Source: Gemmatimonadota bacterium
Lineage (GTDB): Bacteria > Gemmatimonadota > Gemmatimonadetes > Gemmatimonadales > GWC2-71-9
Direction: 5' to 3'
NCBI GenBank assembly: GCA_039586815.1
Contig: JBDHJR010000019.1
Location: forward strand, 7,594-71,593
DNA: 64,000 nt
In this document: one piece after another, positions 29,765-37,616 of the stretch
Numbering within the stretch: position 1 is the first letter of the stretch
How the letters are laid out: the number at the start of each line of letters is the position of its first letter
Notes under the pieces: generated by a model
What the model was told of the DNA's origin: nothing
Seen by the model: only the letters and a program-made list of their open reading frames with translations
The model's database searches: none
Position numbers and translations under genes: made by a program

Positions 29765-30711
29765 CGCGCGAGCGCCGGGCGCACCTGGTGAAGCAGCGCG
29801 CTCGCGCTCTTGGCTTTCAGACGGTGGGCGTCGCCGACCTGTCACCCACTCCACATAGCGAGCACCTCGAGCGGTGGCTCTCCGACGGCCTGGCCGGCAC
29901 GATGGACTACATGCGGCGGCAGGCGGCCCGCAGGATCGAGCCGTCGTCCATCCTGCCTGGTGCTACCCGGGCCGTGGTGGTCACCAGAGATTACGGTCAC
30001 CCGCCGGCGAACCAGCGGGCCGGTACCGGGCGCGTAGCCCGCTACGCACAGGGACGCGATTACCACACGGCTCTACGCGGCCCCCTCGACGAGCTGGCAG
30101 CTTACGTCAGCTCACTGGGGAGTGACACCACCGTGGCGCGGGCATACGTGGATGCCGGGCCCGTTCCGGAACGCGAGCTGGCGCAGCGCGCGGGACTCGG
30201 CTGGATAGGGAAGAACACCATGCTGATCGACCCGCGTCGCGGGTCTCACTTCTTCCTCGCCAGCGTGCTCACCGACCTGGACCTGGCGGTGGACCTGCCG
30301 TTCGAGGCGGACCGCTGCGGCAGCTGCACGCGCTGCCTCGAGGCCTGCCCCACAGGCGCCTTCCCCGAGCCCCGCCTGCTGGACAGTCGCCGGTGCATAT
30401 CCTATCTGACGATCGAGCATCGCGGCGAGATCGACCCCGCCCTGCAGCCGCAGATGGGTGCCTGGGTATTCGGCTGTGACCTGTGCCAGGATGCATGTCC
30501 CTGGAACATCAAGTTCGCGACGGAGACTCACGATCCGTTGCTGCAGCACGATCCCGCCATCGCGTTCCTCGACCTGGAGGAGCTGCAGCGCATGAGCAGC
30601 GAAAAGTTCGAGCGCCACTACGGGGAGACGGCGCTGGAGCGGCCCGGAGCAGACGGAATGCGTCGCAACGCCCGCGTTGCGTTGCAGAATCTCACGAGGA
30701 TGCCATCGTGA
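29761..30711 (+). CDS. queG: tRNA epoxyqueuosine(34) reductase
   Basis: 316 aa. Two 4Fe-4S ferredoxin motifs (CGSCTRCLEACP and CDLCQDACPWN) and the cobalamin-binding N-terminal region pattern. Confidence 0.92.
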   Translation: MTRERRAHLVKQRARALGFQTVGVADLSPTPHSEHLERWLSDGLAGTMDYMRRQAARRIEPSSILPGATRAVVVTRDYGHPPANQRAGTGRVARYAQGRDYHTALRGPLDELAAYVSSLGSDTTVARAYVDAGPVPERELAQRAGLGWIGKNTMLIDPRRGSHFFLASVLTDLDLAVDLPFEADRCGSCTRCLEACPTGAFPEPRLLDSRRCISYLTIEHRGEIDPALQPQMGAWVFGCDLCQDACPWNIKFATETHDPLLQHDPAIAFLDLEELQRMSSEKFERHYGETALERPGADGMRRNARVALQNLTRMPS

Positions 30712-30986
30712 CCGATCCCGAGGCGCGGGCCCGCATCGCCCGCATCCAGCAGCGGCTCGCAGAGGGAATGGGCGGGACCGACCCCCACCACCGCCTCGCC
30801 GGACGCCCGCTCAGCTACAAGGTGATCGCGGGACAGACGCTCGAGTTGCTGTACGACGAAGTTCCGGGGATCAACGAGTCGGAGATCCAGGGACTCAAGC
30901 GCGTGGTGGGGGAGGAGTGCTTCATCAGCGTCGCTCCGCAGACTGCGGAGACTCTGCAGGTGCGGGTGGTGGTGCGGCTGAAGTGA
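30708..30986 (+). CDS. Small hypothetical protein (92 aa) coupled to the queG stop
   Basis: GTG at 30708 overlaps the queG TGA (GTGA). Coding-like composition. No family recognised. Confidence 0.5.
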   Translation: MTDPEARARIARIQQRLAEGMGGTDPHHRLAGRPLSYKVIAGQTLELLYDEVPGINESEIQGLKRVVGEECFISVAPQTAETLQVRVVVRLK

Positions 30987-31220
30987 GTGAACGAAGGGGC
31001 GTGGGGCAGCGCTGTGCCTGGGATGGCGCGACGTAATTCCGTAGCAGCGGGCCGGGGTCCTGCCGGAGCGAACCTCGCGAGCACTGACCGACAGTAACCT
31101 CTTCTGGCGATGATCGGCCTTACTTCGTCGGCAGCCGAGAGTCCTGGGAAGGAAGTGGGGAGTGCCAGTTCGCGGAGGTAGGGCCCCGGTCTAGCTGCTA
31201 CGCTTCATACTGCGCGCCGC

Positions 31221-32453
31221 CTACGGCCGCACCACTCTCGCTTCCCCACCCCAGCGGGCAGCCGTTTCTGGAAAATCCAGCACGCTGAGTGAATCCACCA
31301 GCCACGCGGCACGCCCCGTGGGGTCGGGCGCGACGATCCCCGGGGCACGCTGGTACGTCGAGCGCAGCGCGGCGTCCAGCACCTCTCCGCTCTCGCCCAG
31401 GGTCACGCATGCCACCGCGCCGCGGCGGTTGGGCTCGCGCATCGAGAAGGGTCCGTAGGTGAGCAGGTTCCCCAGGGAGTAGAGCACGAGGGCGTCGCCC
31501 CACCATTCCGAGGCGCGCATCACGTGTGGGCCGTGTCCGATCACTGCCGCCGCCCCCGCGTCGACCGCCGTCCGCGCGAACGCCACCGAGTTACCTCGGT
31601 TCTCACCCAGGTAGGTCTCGGTCACGTCGGCCGTGCGCTGCGCCGCCGCTCCCTCGGCACCCATGTGCATCGTGACTACCACCCGCCCGAAGTGCTGCGC
31701 CGCCCGACCGACGTGGCGGGACACACTCACCAGATCGCGAGGGTCGGGTCCCGCTTGCGCGGTACTGAACCCGAGGAACGCGACGCTGTCACCTCGGTGC
31801 GTGACCACGACCGTTGCCAGCGTATCGACGCCCGTCACGGCCACCCCTGCGTCGCGCAGATGTTCCTGGGTTGCGGCCAATCCGGCACCGCCGGCATCCA
31901 GGGCATGGTTGTTGGCCAGGTTGCCGATGACTGCGGCGCTGTCGGCAAGACGCCCCAACGCAGCGGCTACAGCCACCGGCTGGCGAAACGTGTAGCACGT
32001 GGTGGACCCGGGTCGGCACTTCCTCGGCGCCGGCCCCTCGCCGATGGCCCCTTCCAGGTTGAGGAGCACGATGTCGGCATCCGCCACCAAACGCGCAAGC
32101 GGTGCCAGGGCCCGGTCCGGATCGGGGGATGCGGCGACCTGCCACCCCAACCTCGACGTTGCACGGATCGCCCACGTCGTATCGAGGTTGGAACCGAGTA
32201 CGACGTCACCCCCGGCGCACACGCGCACCGGTGGGAGGGGAACCGGCTCCGGAGCAGGCGCCTGTTCTTCGGGCTCGACCTGTGCGCTGTCGGGCTCCAC
32301 GAGGGAATCCAGCTCGACGATGGGTTGCAGTGCGATCGTGTCCGCCGGCGGAGCGGCCGGCGGGGGAAGCTCTTCGTCGACGGTCCGGCCGCCGCAGCCA
32401 GCCAAGCCGAGCACGGCAGCGGCCGCCAGTACGCATCGCAGGGCCGGCGACAT
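31221..32453 (-). CDS. CapA-family (poly-gamma-glutamate synthesis-type metallophosphatase) lipoprotein
   Basis: ATG at 32453 overlaps the Nif3 stop. Lipobox LGLAGC. CapA motifs GGDVVLG, NLEGAI, NLANNHALD and GHGPHV. The listed 615-aa ORF is an upstream extension overlapping Nif3 out of frame. Confidence 0.85.
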   Translation of the reverse strand: MSPALRCVLAAAAVLGLAGCGGRTVDEELPPPAAPPADTIALQPIVELDSLVEPDSAQVEPEEQAPAPEPVPLPPVRVCAGGDVVLGSNLDTTWAIRATSRLGWQVAASPDPDRALAPLARLVADADIVLLNLEGAIGEGPAPRKCRPGSTTCYTFRQPVAVAAALGRLADSAAVIGNLANNHALDAGGAGLAATQEHLRDAGVAVTGVDTLATVVVTHRGDSVAFLGFSTAQAGPDPRDLVSVSRHVGRAAQHFGRVVVTMHMGAEGAAAQRTADVTETYLGENRGNSVAFARTAVDAGAAAVIGHGPHVMRASEWWGDALVLYSLGNLLTYGPFSMREPNRRGAVACVTLGESGEVLDAALRSTYQRAPGIVAPDPTGRAAWLVDSLSVLDFPETAARWGGEARVVRP

Positions 32454-33205
32454 CACAGTCCCGTGGGGTGGTCGATGAACTCCCACGGAAGACCGAACCG
32501 CTGCTCCAGATGCGTCCCCAGCGCCTTCACCCCCACCGTTTCGGTGAGGTAGTGGCCGGCATAGACGACGTTGAGCTGCCATTCCTCCGCGTCGAAGTAG
32601 GTGTGGTGAGCGCCCTCTCCCGTGACATAGGTGTCGAGCCCAGCGTCGCGGGCCTGCCCGATCATGCTCCCCCCTCCGCCGGTGACGATCCCCACGCGCT
32701 GCACACTCTCCGCGCCCTTGGCGATGATGTGAGGCTCGCCGCCCAGAGAGTCGCGAAGGCGCCCGACCAGCTCCTCGCGCGTGATCCCGAGCGAGCCCGC
32801 GACACCGATGACCTGTTCGTGGTACTCGCCAAACGGTACCGGATCGCTCACGCCGAGCATGCGGGCGAGCACGGCGTTGTTCCCAACCTCCGGGTGCGCG
32901 TCGAGCGGCAAGTGCGCAGAGTAGAGTGCCAGGTCCGCCTCCAGCAGGCGACGAATCCGTCTGGCGTGCCGCCCCGTGACGGGCTGCAACCCGCCCCAGA
33001 AGAGGCCGTGGTGAACCAGGAGCAAGTTCGCTCCCATCACGGCGGCCGCGTCGATCGTCGCTTGGCATGCGTCCACTGCGACCGCCACACGCTCCACGGT
33101 GCCTCCATTGTCCACCTGGAGGCCATTCAGCGCGTTCGCGTCGTCCTTGACCGCGGCAATCCGGAGGTAGTCGTCCAGGTAGGTGGCGAGCTCACTCAGC
33201 AGCAT
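32453..33205 (-). CDS. Nif3-like dinuclear metal-centre protein (GTP cyclohydrolase 1 type 2 homologue)
   Basis: 250 aa. DDANALNGLQV, LLLVHHGLFW, and GHYLTE near the C-terminus. Confidence 0.9.
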   Translation of the reverse strand: MLLSELATYLDDYLRIAAVKDDANALNGLQVDNGGTVERVAVAVDACQATIDAAAVMGANLLLVHHGLFWGGLQPVTGRHARRIRRLLEADLALYSAHLPLDAHPEVGNNAVLARMLGVSDPVPFGEYHEQVIGVAGSLGITREELVGRLRDSLGGEPHIIAKGAESVQRVGIVTGGGGSMIGQARDAGLDTYVTGEGAHHTYFDAEEWQLNVVYAGHYLTETVGVKALGTHLEQRFGLPWEFIDHPTGL

Positions 33206-33313
33206 GCGCTAGTCCATTTGTGGCCCGGCTGGCCGACGGTGTCGCGACAGCGGATTGCCGACCGCGGCTCGGCACTTTCAAAGCCATGTCCAGCAATGAT
33301 GTAGGCGAAAACG

Positions 33314-33341
33314 ATAAGTGCGCCTCGAATAGCGCACTTAT
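33314..33341 (-). terminator. Rho-independent-type terminator after the bactofilin gene
   Basis: Perfect 10-bp stem ATAAGTGCGC / GCGCACTTAT with an 8-nt loop. On the minus strand it is followed by CGUUUUCG. It lies 68 nt downstream of the bactofilin stop. Confidence 0.45.
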
Positions 33342-33409
33342 ACGATCGAGCGAAGAAGTCACGTCACATGCGGCAGCCGGGTCGCCATCAGCGCGACTGT
33401 CGTCACGGG

Positions 33410-33877
33410 CTATGCGTACGGCTGATTCGGCGTTTCCAGGGCAGGGGCCGGGTCCATCGCGGGCGGTGCGGGGCTGCGCTCGCGCTTCGCGGCCACCTTG
33501 GCACCCTGCTCCAGCGCCTTGGGCTCACCCATCTGGACGTTCCCGTTCACCTCCCCGCCTTCGCTGACAATGAGCTTCTTGGTAATGATGTCGCCCTGGA
33601 CCATCGAGTTCTCCTGCACTTCCACCCGGTCGTCCGCGAAGATGGACCCCACCACGCGCCCGCCCACGATGGCTTGCCGCGTGTAGACGTCACCCTCGAT
33701 CACGCCCCCTCTCGCAACCAGCACTTCCCGGTCGGCGCGAATGCTCCCTTCGACAGTGCCTTCCACCTTGAGGACGCCGTCCGTCGCGAGCTCGCCGACG
33801 ATGCGCATCCCGGTGGCGACGATCGAGATGCTGATTTCGCGACCGCCTGAACGACCGCTGTCATCGGCACGTGCCAT
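33410..33877 (-). CDS. Bactofilin (polymer-forming cytoskeletal protein, DUF583)
   Basis: 155 aa. Repetitive beta-helix pattern (GELATDGVLKVEGTVEGSIRADREVLVARGGVIEGDVYTRQAIVGGRVVGSIFA...) and a Pro/Ala-rich tail. Confidence 0.9.
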   Translation of the reverse strand: MARADDSGRSGGREISISIVATGMRIVGELATDGVLKVEGTVEGSIRADREVLVARGGVIEGDVYTRQAIVGGRVVGSIFADDRVEVQENSMVQGDIITKKLIVSEGGEVNGNVQMGEPKALEQGAKVAAKRERSPAPPAMDPAPALETPNQPYA

Positions 33878-33879
33878 AC

Positions 33880-34671
33880 TCAGGACTCCTCTCTAACCAG
33901 TGAGCGAGGGTCTACTGATTGCCCCTCGTGCAGGATCTCGAAATGTAAGTGCGGCGCCGTGGATCTTCCCGTGGATCCCGACATCGCAATCACCTGGCCG
34001 GCGCGCACCGAGTCGTCCGCCTGCACCAGCAGGCGTGACGCGTGGCCATACATGCTCTGATAGCCATCGGGATGACCGATCAGGACGAACAGTCCGTACT
34101 CCGGATCCTGCCCCGCTCCCTCTATCACTCCGCCGCCGGCCGCCCGGATCGGTGTTCCCAGGGGAACCGCGATGTCGATACCGGAGTGGGCCTCGCGACC
34201 GGAGCCGCTGCCCACCGTCCCGCGAGTGACGACGCCTGGCTCGCGCAGCGGCCAGTGGCTCGGCACAGAGGGACCCTCCTCGTACAGCCCCGAGTCTCCT
34301 GGCGTGCGGGCGATGAGAGCGTGGGCCACCGGATCGTCGGACAGCGCGCGCCCACGCACCGGGACTACGTCCCCTCCGAGCATGGTACGCACCTGGTCGT
34401 ACTGTTCTTCCGCCTGCTCGAGCCTGCCCGCCAACTCGTGCACCATCTCGTTCTCCGCCTCCAGCCGAGCCACCTCGCGCGTGAGCCCCGGCACACGTGC
34501 GGCGGTGCGCGCAATCGGGGCGTACAGCACCGCGCCGATGATCACGAAGACGGCCAACGTACTGCCGCCAATCACGATGAAGCGAGCGAGCCACAGTGGG
34601 AGGCGAATCGACCTGGACTCCAGGTCGCCATCCCGATGCAGCATGATCGTTACGGAGCGTCGTCGCATCAT
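33880..34671 (-). CDS. Bitopic M23 (LytM-type) peptidase: cytoplasmic tail, TM helix, coiled coil, M23 domain
   Basis: TM segment FIVIGGSTLAVFVIIGAVLYA. Coiled coil REVARLEAENEMVHELAGRLEQAEEQY. Intact catalytic HSGID (HxxxD) and HLHFE (HxH). Confidence 0.9.
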   Translation of the reverse strand: MMRRRSVTIMLHRDGDLESRSIRLPLWLARFIVIGGSTLAVFVIIGAVLYAPIARTAARVPGLTREVARLEAENEMVHELAGRLEQAEEQYDQVRTMLGGDVVPVRGRALSDDPVAHALIARTPGDSGLYEEGPSVPSHWPLREPGVVTRGTVGSGSGREAHSGIDIAVPLGTPIRAAGGGVIEGAGQDPEYGLFVLIGHPDGYQSMYGHASRLLVQADDSVRAGQVIAMSGSTGRSTAPHLHFEILHEGQSVDPRSLVREES

Positions 34672-35549
34672 CCGTCGTACGACTCACCCAAAATCATCTC
34701 GAGAATCCGCTGGAGGTCATCAGGCGAGTAGAAGTTGATCGTCACCTTACCGCTCTTGCCGCGCGTCACCACTCGGACATCGGTTTGCAGCCGACGCCGC
34801 AGGGCGTCCTCCACCCGCCGTGCCTCCGGATCGACCTTGGTACCGCGGGGTGCGCGCGGCCGCCGGGCGGGCTCTTTCCCACCCCGCACCAGAGCCTCGA
34901 CCTCGCGGACCGACAGCTCACGCTCGACAGCCGTACGCGCCAGGCGCTCCATCTTCTTGTCGTCCGCCAGCGCCAGCAGCGCACGGGCGTGCCCCACGCT
35001 CAGCTTGCCGCCATGCAGCATCTGCTGCACCGCCACCGGGAGCTTGAGGAGCCGCAGCGCGTTCGCCACCGTGGAGCGGCTACGCCCGACCAGATCGCCG
35101 ACCGCTGTCTGCGACACCCCGAACTCATCCATGAGGCGCTGATAGCCGTGGGCCTCGTCGATGGGCGACAGCGCATCGCGCTGAAGGTTCTCCACCAGGG
35201 CCAGCGTGAGTAGAGTCTTGTCATCGACCTCACGCACCACCGCACCGATCTCGTTCCACCCGAGCCGCTGGGCCGCTCGCCAGCGACGCTCCCCGGCCAC
35301 GAGCTCGTACGAGCCGTTCGCCGCCGGTCGAGCTACCACCGGCTGAAGCAGGCCGGACCGTTGCATCGAGTCGGCGAGCTCGACAAGCGCCGCCTCATCG
35401 AACGCCTGACGTGGCTGGTACGGGTTGGGCCGCACCGACTCAACGGAGATCTGGACGAGCGACCCGTCCGCCCTGGCTTCGGTAACCGTCGCCGGCCCGA
35501 GCAGGGCCTCCAGACCACGACCCAGTCTTCGCTTGCTTCCGCCCGTCAT
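34668..35549 (-). CDS. parB: Chromosome partitioning protein ParB
   Basis: [12 protein letters not shown]-binding box [15 protein letters not shown] region, [10 protein letters not shown]. Confidence 0.95.
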   Translation of the reverse strand: MTGGSKRRLGRGLEALLGPATVTEARADGSLVQISVESVRPNPYQPRQAFDEAALVELADSMQRSGLLQPVVARPAANGSYELVAGERRWRAAQRLGWNEIGAVVREVDDKTLLTLALVENLQRDALSPIDEAHGYQRLMDEFGVSQTAVGDLVGRSRSTVANALRLLKLPVAVQQMLHGGKLSVGHARALLALADDKKMERLARTAVERELSVREVEALVRGGKEPARRPRAPRGTKVDPEARRVEDALRRRLQTDVRVVTRGKSGKVTINFYSPDDLQRILEMILGESYDG

Positions 35550-36373
35550 GCGAGTGCCCGCGTCATTGGATTATCCTCTTCGGTAACCGGCGCTCCCGCG
35601 TGAGAATCGGCAACACGGCGCGCCAACTCCTGTCCCAGCGCCAAGTAGCTCTTGGCGCCTACCGACTGCACATCGTAGAGCAGAATCGGCTTGCCGAAAC
35701 TCGGCGCTTCGGCAAGACGCACGTTCCGCGGAATGACGGTGCTGTACACCTTGCGACCGAAGTACTCCTTGGCCTCTGTGGCCACCTGACGCGAGAGATT
35801 GAGCCGCGCATCGTACATGGTGAGGAGCACACCTTCAATAGCGAGGCTGGCGTTGCAGTTCTGTTGTACCAGTCGCACGGTGTTCAGCAGTTTGGAGAGG
35901 CCTTCCAACGCGTAGTACTCGCACTGAATCGGTATCAGCACGGAGTCGGCGGCCGTGAGCATGTTCAATGTGAGCAGACCGAGGGAGGGCGGGCAGTCGA
36001 TCAACACGAACTCGTAGTCGTGACGCAGCTGCGCGATCGTGCGGCGCATGACCGATTCACGCTTCGGCCGATTGACCAACTCCACCTCGGCACCCACGAG
36101 GTCCTGGGTCGCCGGCACGACGTCGAGCGTCTGCACGTTCACGCCGCGTTGCACCACCTCGGCCAGGGGAACATCACCCATCAGCGCGTCGTACAGCGAC
36201 AGCTCAACCCCGTCGCGCTCGATGCCGATCCCGCTGGTGGCGTTGGCTTGGGGGTCGGCATCCACCAGGAGGGTGCGCCGCTCCGCGGCGGAGAGCGAGG
36301 CGGCAAGATTCACGGCGGTCGTAGTCTTGCCGACACCGCCCTTCTGGTTCGCGATGGCGATGACCCTGCCCAT
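35546..36373 (-). CDS. parA: Chromosome partitioning ATPase ParA/Soj
   Basis: Deviant Walker [24 protein letters not shown] and IDCPPSLG motifs. Confidence 0.95.
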   Translation of the reverse strand: MGRVIAIANQKGGVGKTTTAVNLAASLSAAERRTLLVDADPQANATSGIGIERDGVELSLYDALMGDVPLAEVVQRGVNVQTLDVVPATQDLVGAEVELVNRPKRESVMRRTIAQLRHDYEFVLIDCPPSLGLLTLNMLTAADSVLIPIQCEYYALEGLSKLLNTVRLVQQNCNASLAIEGVLLTMYDARLNLSRQVATEAKEYFGRKVYSTVIPRNVRLAEAPSFGKPILLYDVQSVGAKSYLALGQELARRVADSHAGAPVTEEDNPMTRALA

Positions 36374-36377
36374 GAGA

Positions 36378-36409
36378 CCTATAAGTGGTTGATTGACAAT
36401 TAGTTACGC
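36378..36409. repeat. Left copy of a 32-nt imperfect direct repeat (AT-rich), immediately upstream of parA
   Basis: CCTATAAgtggttgattgacaattAGTTACGC is 24/32 identical, without gaps, to 37585-37616. Confidence 0.4.
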
Positions 36410-36563
36410 AGTAATGACAAGCGGGAGACGTGGCCTCTGGAGCTTGCCGTGGGCGCCCTTGCGGGCAAATATACAGGTGCGGTAGACAGGACGCTACACC
36501 CGTTTCGGGGCGCTCAGGCACCGAACCTTCTGAATCTAGGGCGCGCAGGTCCTTGCAAATGGG

Positions 36564-37514
36564 GTGTTTCACGTGAAACGGGATCTCGCAAGGCTCGGCA
36601 TTGCGTTGGCTGCTCTGTTCGGGACGCCGGCTGAAGCTCAACAGATCGCAGACACCGACTTTCTTCCTCCGGTTCCATTCCCTGCCTACGAGTCGGGGTC
36701 CGGACCTACGGTCCTGATCGACGAGGCCCACTTCAACTTCCATACGGCAAGCGGACGGTACCTGCCATTCGCGCGGCTCTTGGAGCGGGATGGCTACGTC
36801 GTACTCCCCTCGAGCTCCAGATTCACAGCCGAGATGCTCGAGAATGCAGACATCCTGGTGGTCTCCAATGCTCTGGCCGAACGGAACGCAGAGGACTGGT
36901 CCTTGCCTACCCCTTCTGCCTTCGACTCCGCCGAGATCGCCGCCGTACTGGAGTGGGTGGCAGCTGGGGGAGCGCTCCTCTTGATCGCAGACCACATGCC
37001 ATTCCCGGGAGCCGCCGCGCAGCTCGCCTCCTCCTTCGGAGCGACATTTGGGAACGGCTTCGCGATGGGCCCGGAGCAGGGCAGGGCGCCCATGATCTTC
37101 CGTCGGTCCGACGGCTCACTGGCGGATCATCCGGTCACCAGTGGCCGCGGGCCCCGCGAGCGGGTCGACTCGGTGGCCACCTTCATGGGCCAGGCCTTTC
37201 GAATCCCGGCCGGGGCCGCACAGCTCCTGACGCTTCCTTCGCCGTCCGTCCTTCTTCTTCCAGAGCGTGCCTGGCAGTTCTCCGAGACCACCCCCCGCGT
37301 GAACGCAGGCGGCTTGGCACAGGGCGCGCTCCTGATGTTCGGCGAGGGTCGCGTCGCGTTGTTTGGCGAGGCCGCGATGTTCTCTGCCCAGGTAGACGGG
37401 CTGCGTCGCTCCCCCATGGGAATGAACTCCCCCGTCGCGTCCCAGAACCCCCAGTTCCTCCTAAACCTCTTCCACTGGCTTTCCGACCTTCTGGATGGCA
37501 CGCCCGAGCGCTGA
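36564..37514 (+). CDS. Secreted DUF4350-like / class-I glutamine-amidotransferase-like-fold protein
   Basis: GTG start at 36564 or 36573. Signal peptide (M)KRDLARLGIALAALFGTPAEA. VLIDEAHFNFH, ADILVVSNA and GGALLLIADH resemble DUF4350. Confidence 0.75.
   Translation: MFHVKRDLARLGIALAALFGTPAEAQQIADTDFLPPVPFPAYESGSGPTVLIDEAHFNFHTASGRYLPFARLLERDGYVVLPSSSRFTAEMLENADILVVSNALAERNAEDWSLPTPSAFDSAEIAAVLEWVAAGGALLLIADHMPFPGAAAQLASSFGATFGNGFAMGPEQGRAPMIFRRSDGSLADHPVTSGRGPRERVDSVATFMGQAFRIPAGAAQLLTLPSPSVLLLPERAWQFSETTPRVNAGGLAQGALLMFGEGRVALFGEAAMFSAQVDGLRRSPMGMNSPVASQNPQFLLNLFHWLSDLLDGTPER
36565..36580. promoter_or_regulatory. parS: parS site (TGTTTCACGTGAAACg)
   Basis: 15/16 match to the parS consensus TGTTNCACGTGAAACA. 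It overlaps the start codon region of the DUF4350-like gene, 192 nt from the parA start. Confidence 0.85.
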
Positions 37515-37539
37515 CCCGGGCCGCACTTTTTCAACCAGC

Positions 37540-37555
37540 CGTTCCACGTGAAACA
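37540..37555. promoter_or_regulatory. parS: parS site (cGTTCCACGTGAAACA)
   Basis: 15/16 match to the parS consensus. It lies 26 nt after the DUF4350-like gene stop and 56 nt from the mnmG stop. Confidence 0.85.
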
Positions 37556-37584
37556 ACTGACTGGACCACCAGCGTCGTGGCGGG

Positions 37585-37616
37585 CCTATAACTTATTGTG
37601 TGATAAAGAGTTACGC
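37585..37616. repeat. Right copy of the 32-nt imperfect direct repeat, overlapping the mnmG stop codon
   Basis: CCTATAActtattgtgtgataaagAGTTACGC. Its last 6 nt are the mnmG stop plus the final codon. Confidence 0.4.

Noticed and set aside
30987-31220. 234-nt gap between convergent genes, examined for a small RNA, tRNA or strong terminator
   Set aside because: I could see no tRNA-like T-loop or anticodon arm, no long perfect hairpin and no conserved RNA motif. I cannot exclude an sRNA without covariance-model searches or transcript data.
31221-33068. 615-aa version of the CapA ORF. The same applies to other long N-terminal extensions: 12344 for the kinase, 39525..41360, 42738..44126, 46556..47452, 50407..52056 and 24393 for glpD.
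   Set aside because: The extensions are Arg/Pro/Gly-rich and overlap the upstream gene in another frame. They precede clear internal starts that show start/stop coupling, Shine-Dalgarno sequences or signal peptides.
33893-34687. 264-aa alternative-frame ORF over the M23 peptidase gene
   Set aside because: Only the 33880..34671 frame gives the TM helix, coiled coil and HxxxD/HxH M23 motifs.
36374-36563. Possible oriC / DnaA-box cluster in the AT-rich stretches next to parA and mnmG (also 37556..37610)
   Set aside because: I found no exact TTATNCACA box on either strand, only off-register near-misses such as TTATCACAC. No dnaA or dnaN gene is in the window. The AT-rich segments are short and better explained as promoter or terminator regions, or as the repeat reported above.
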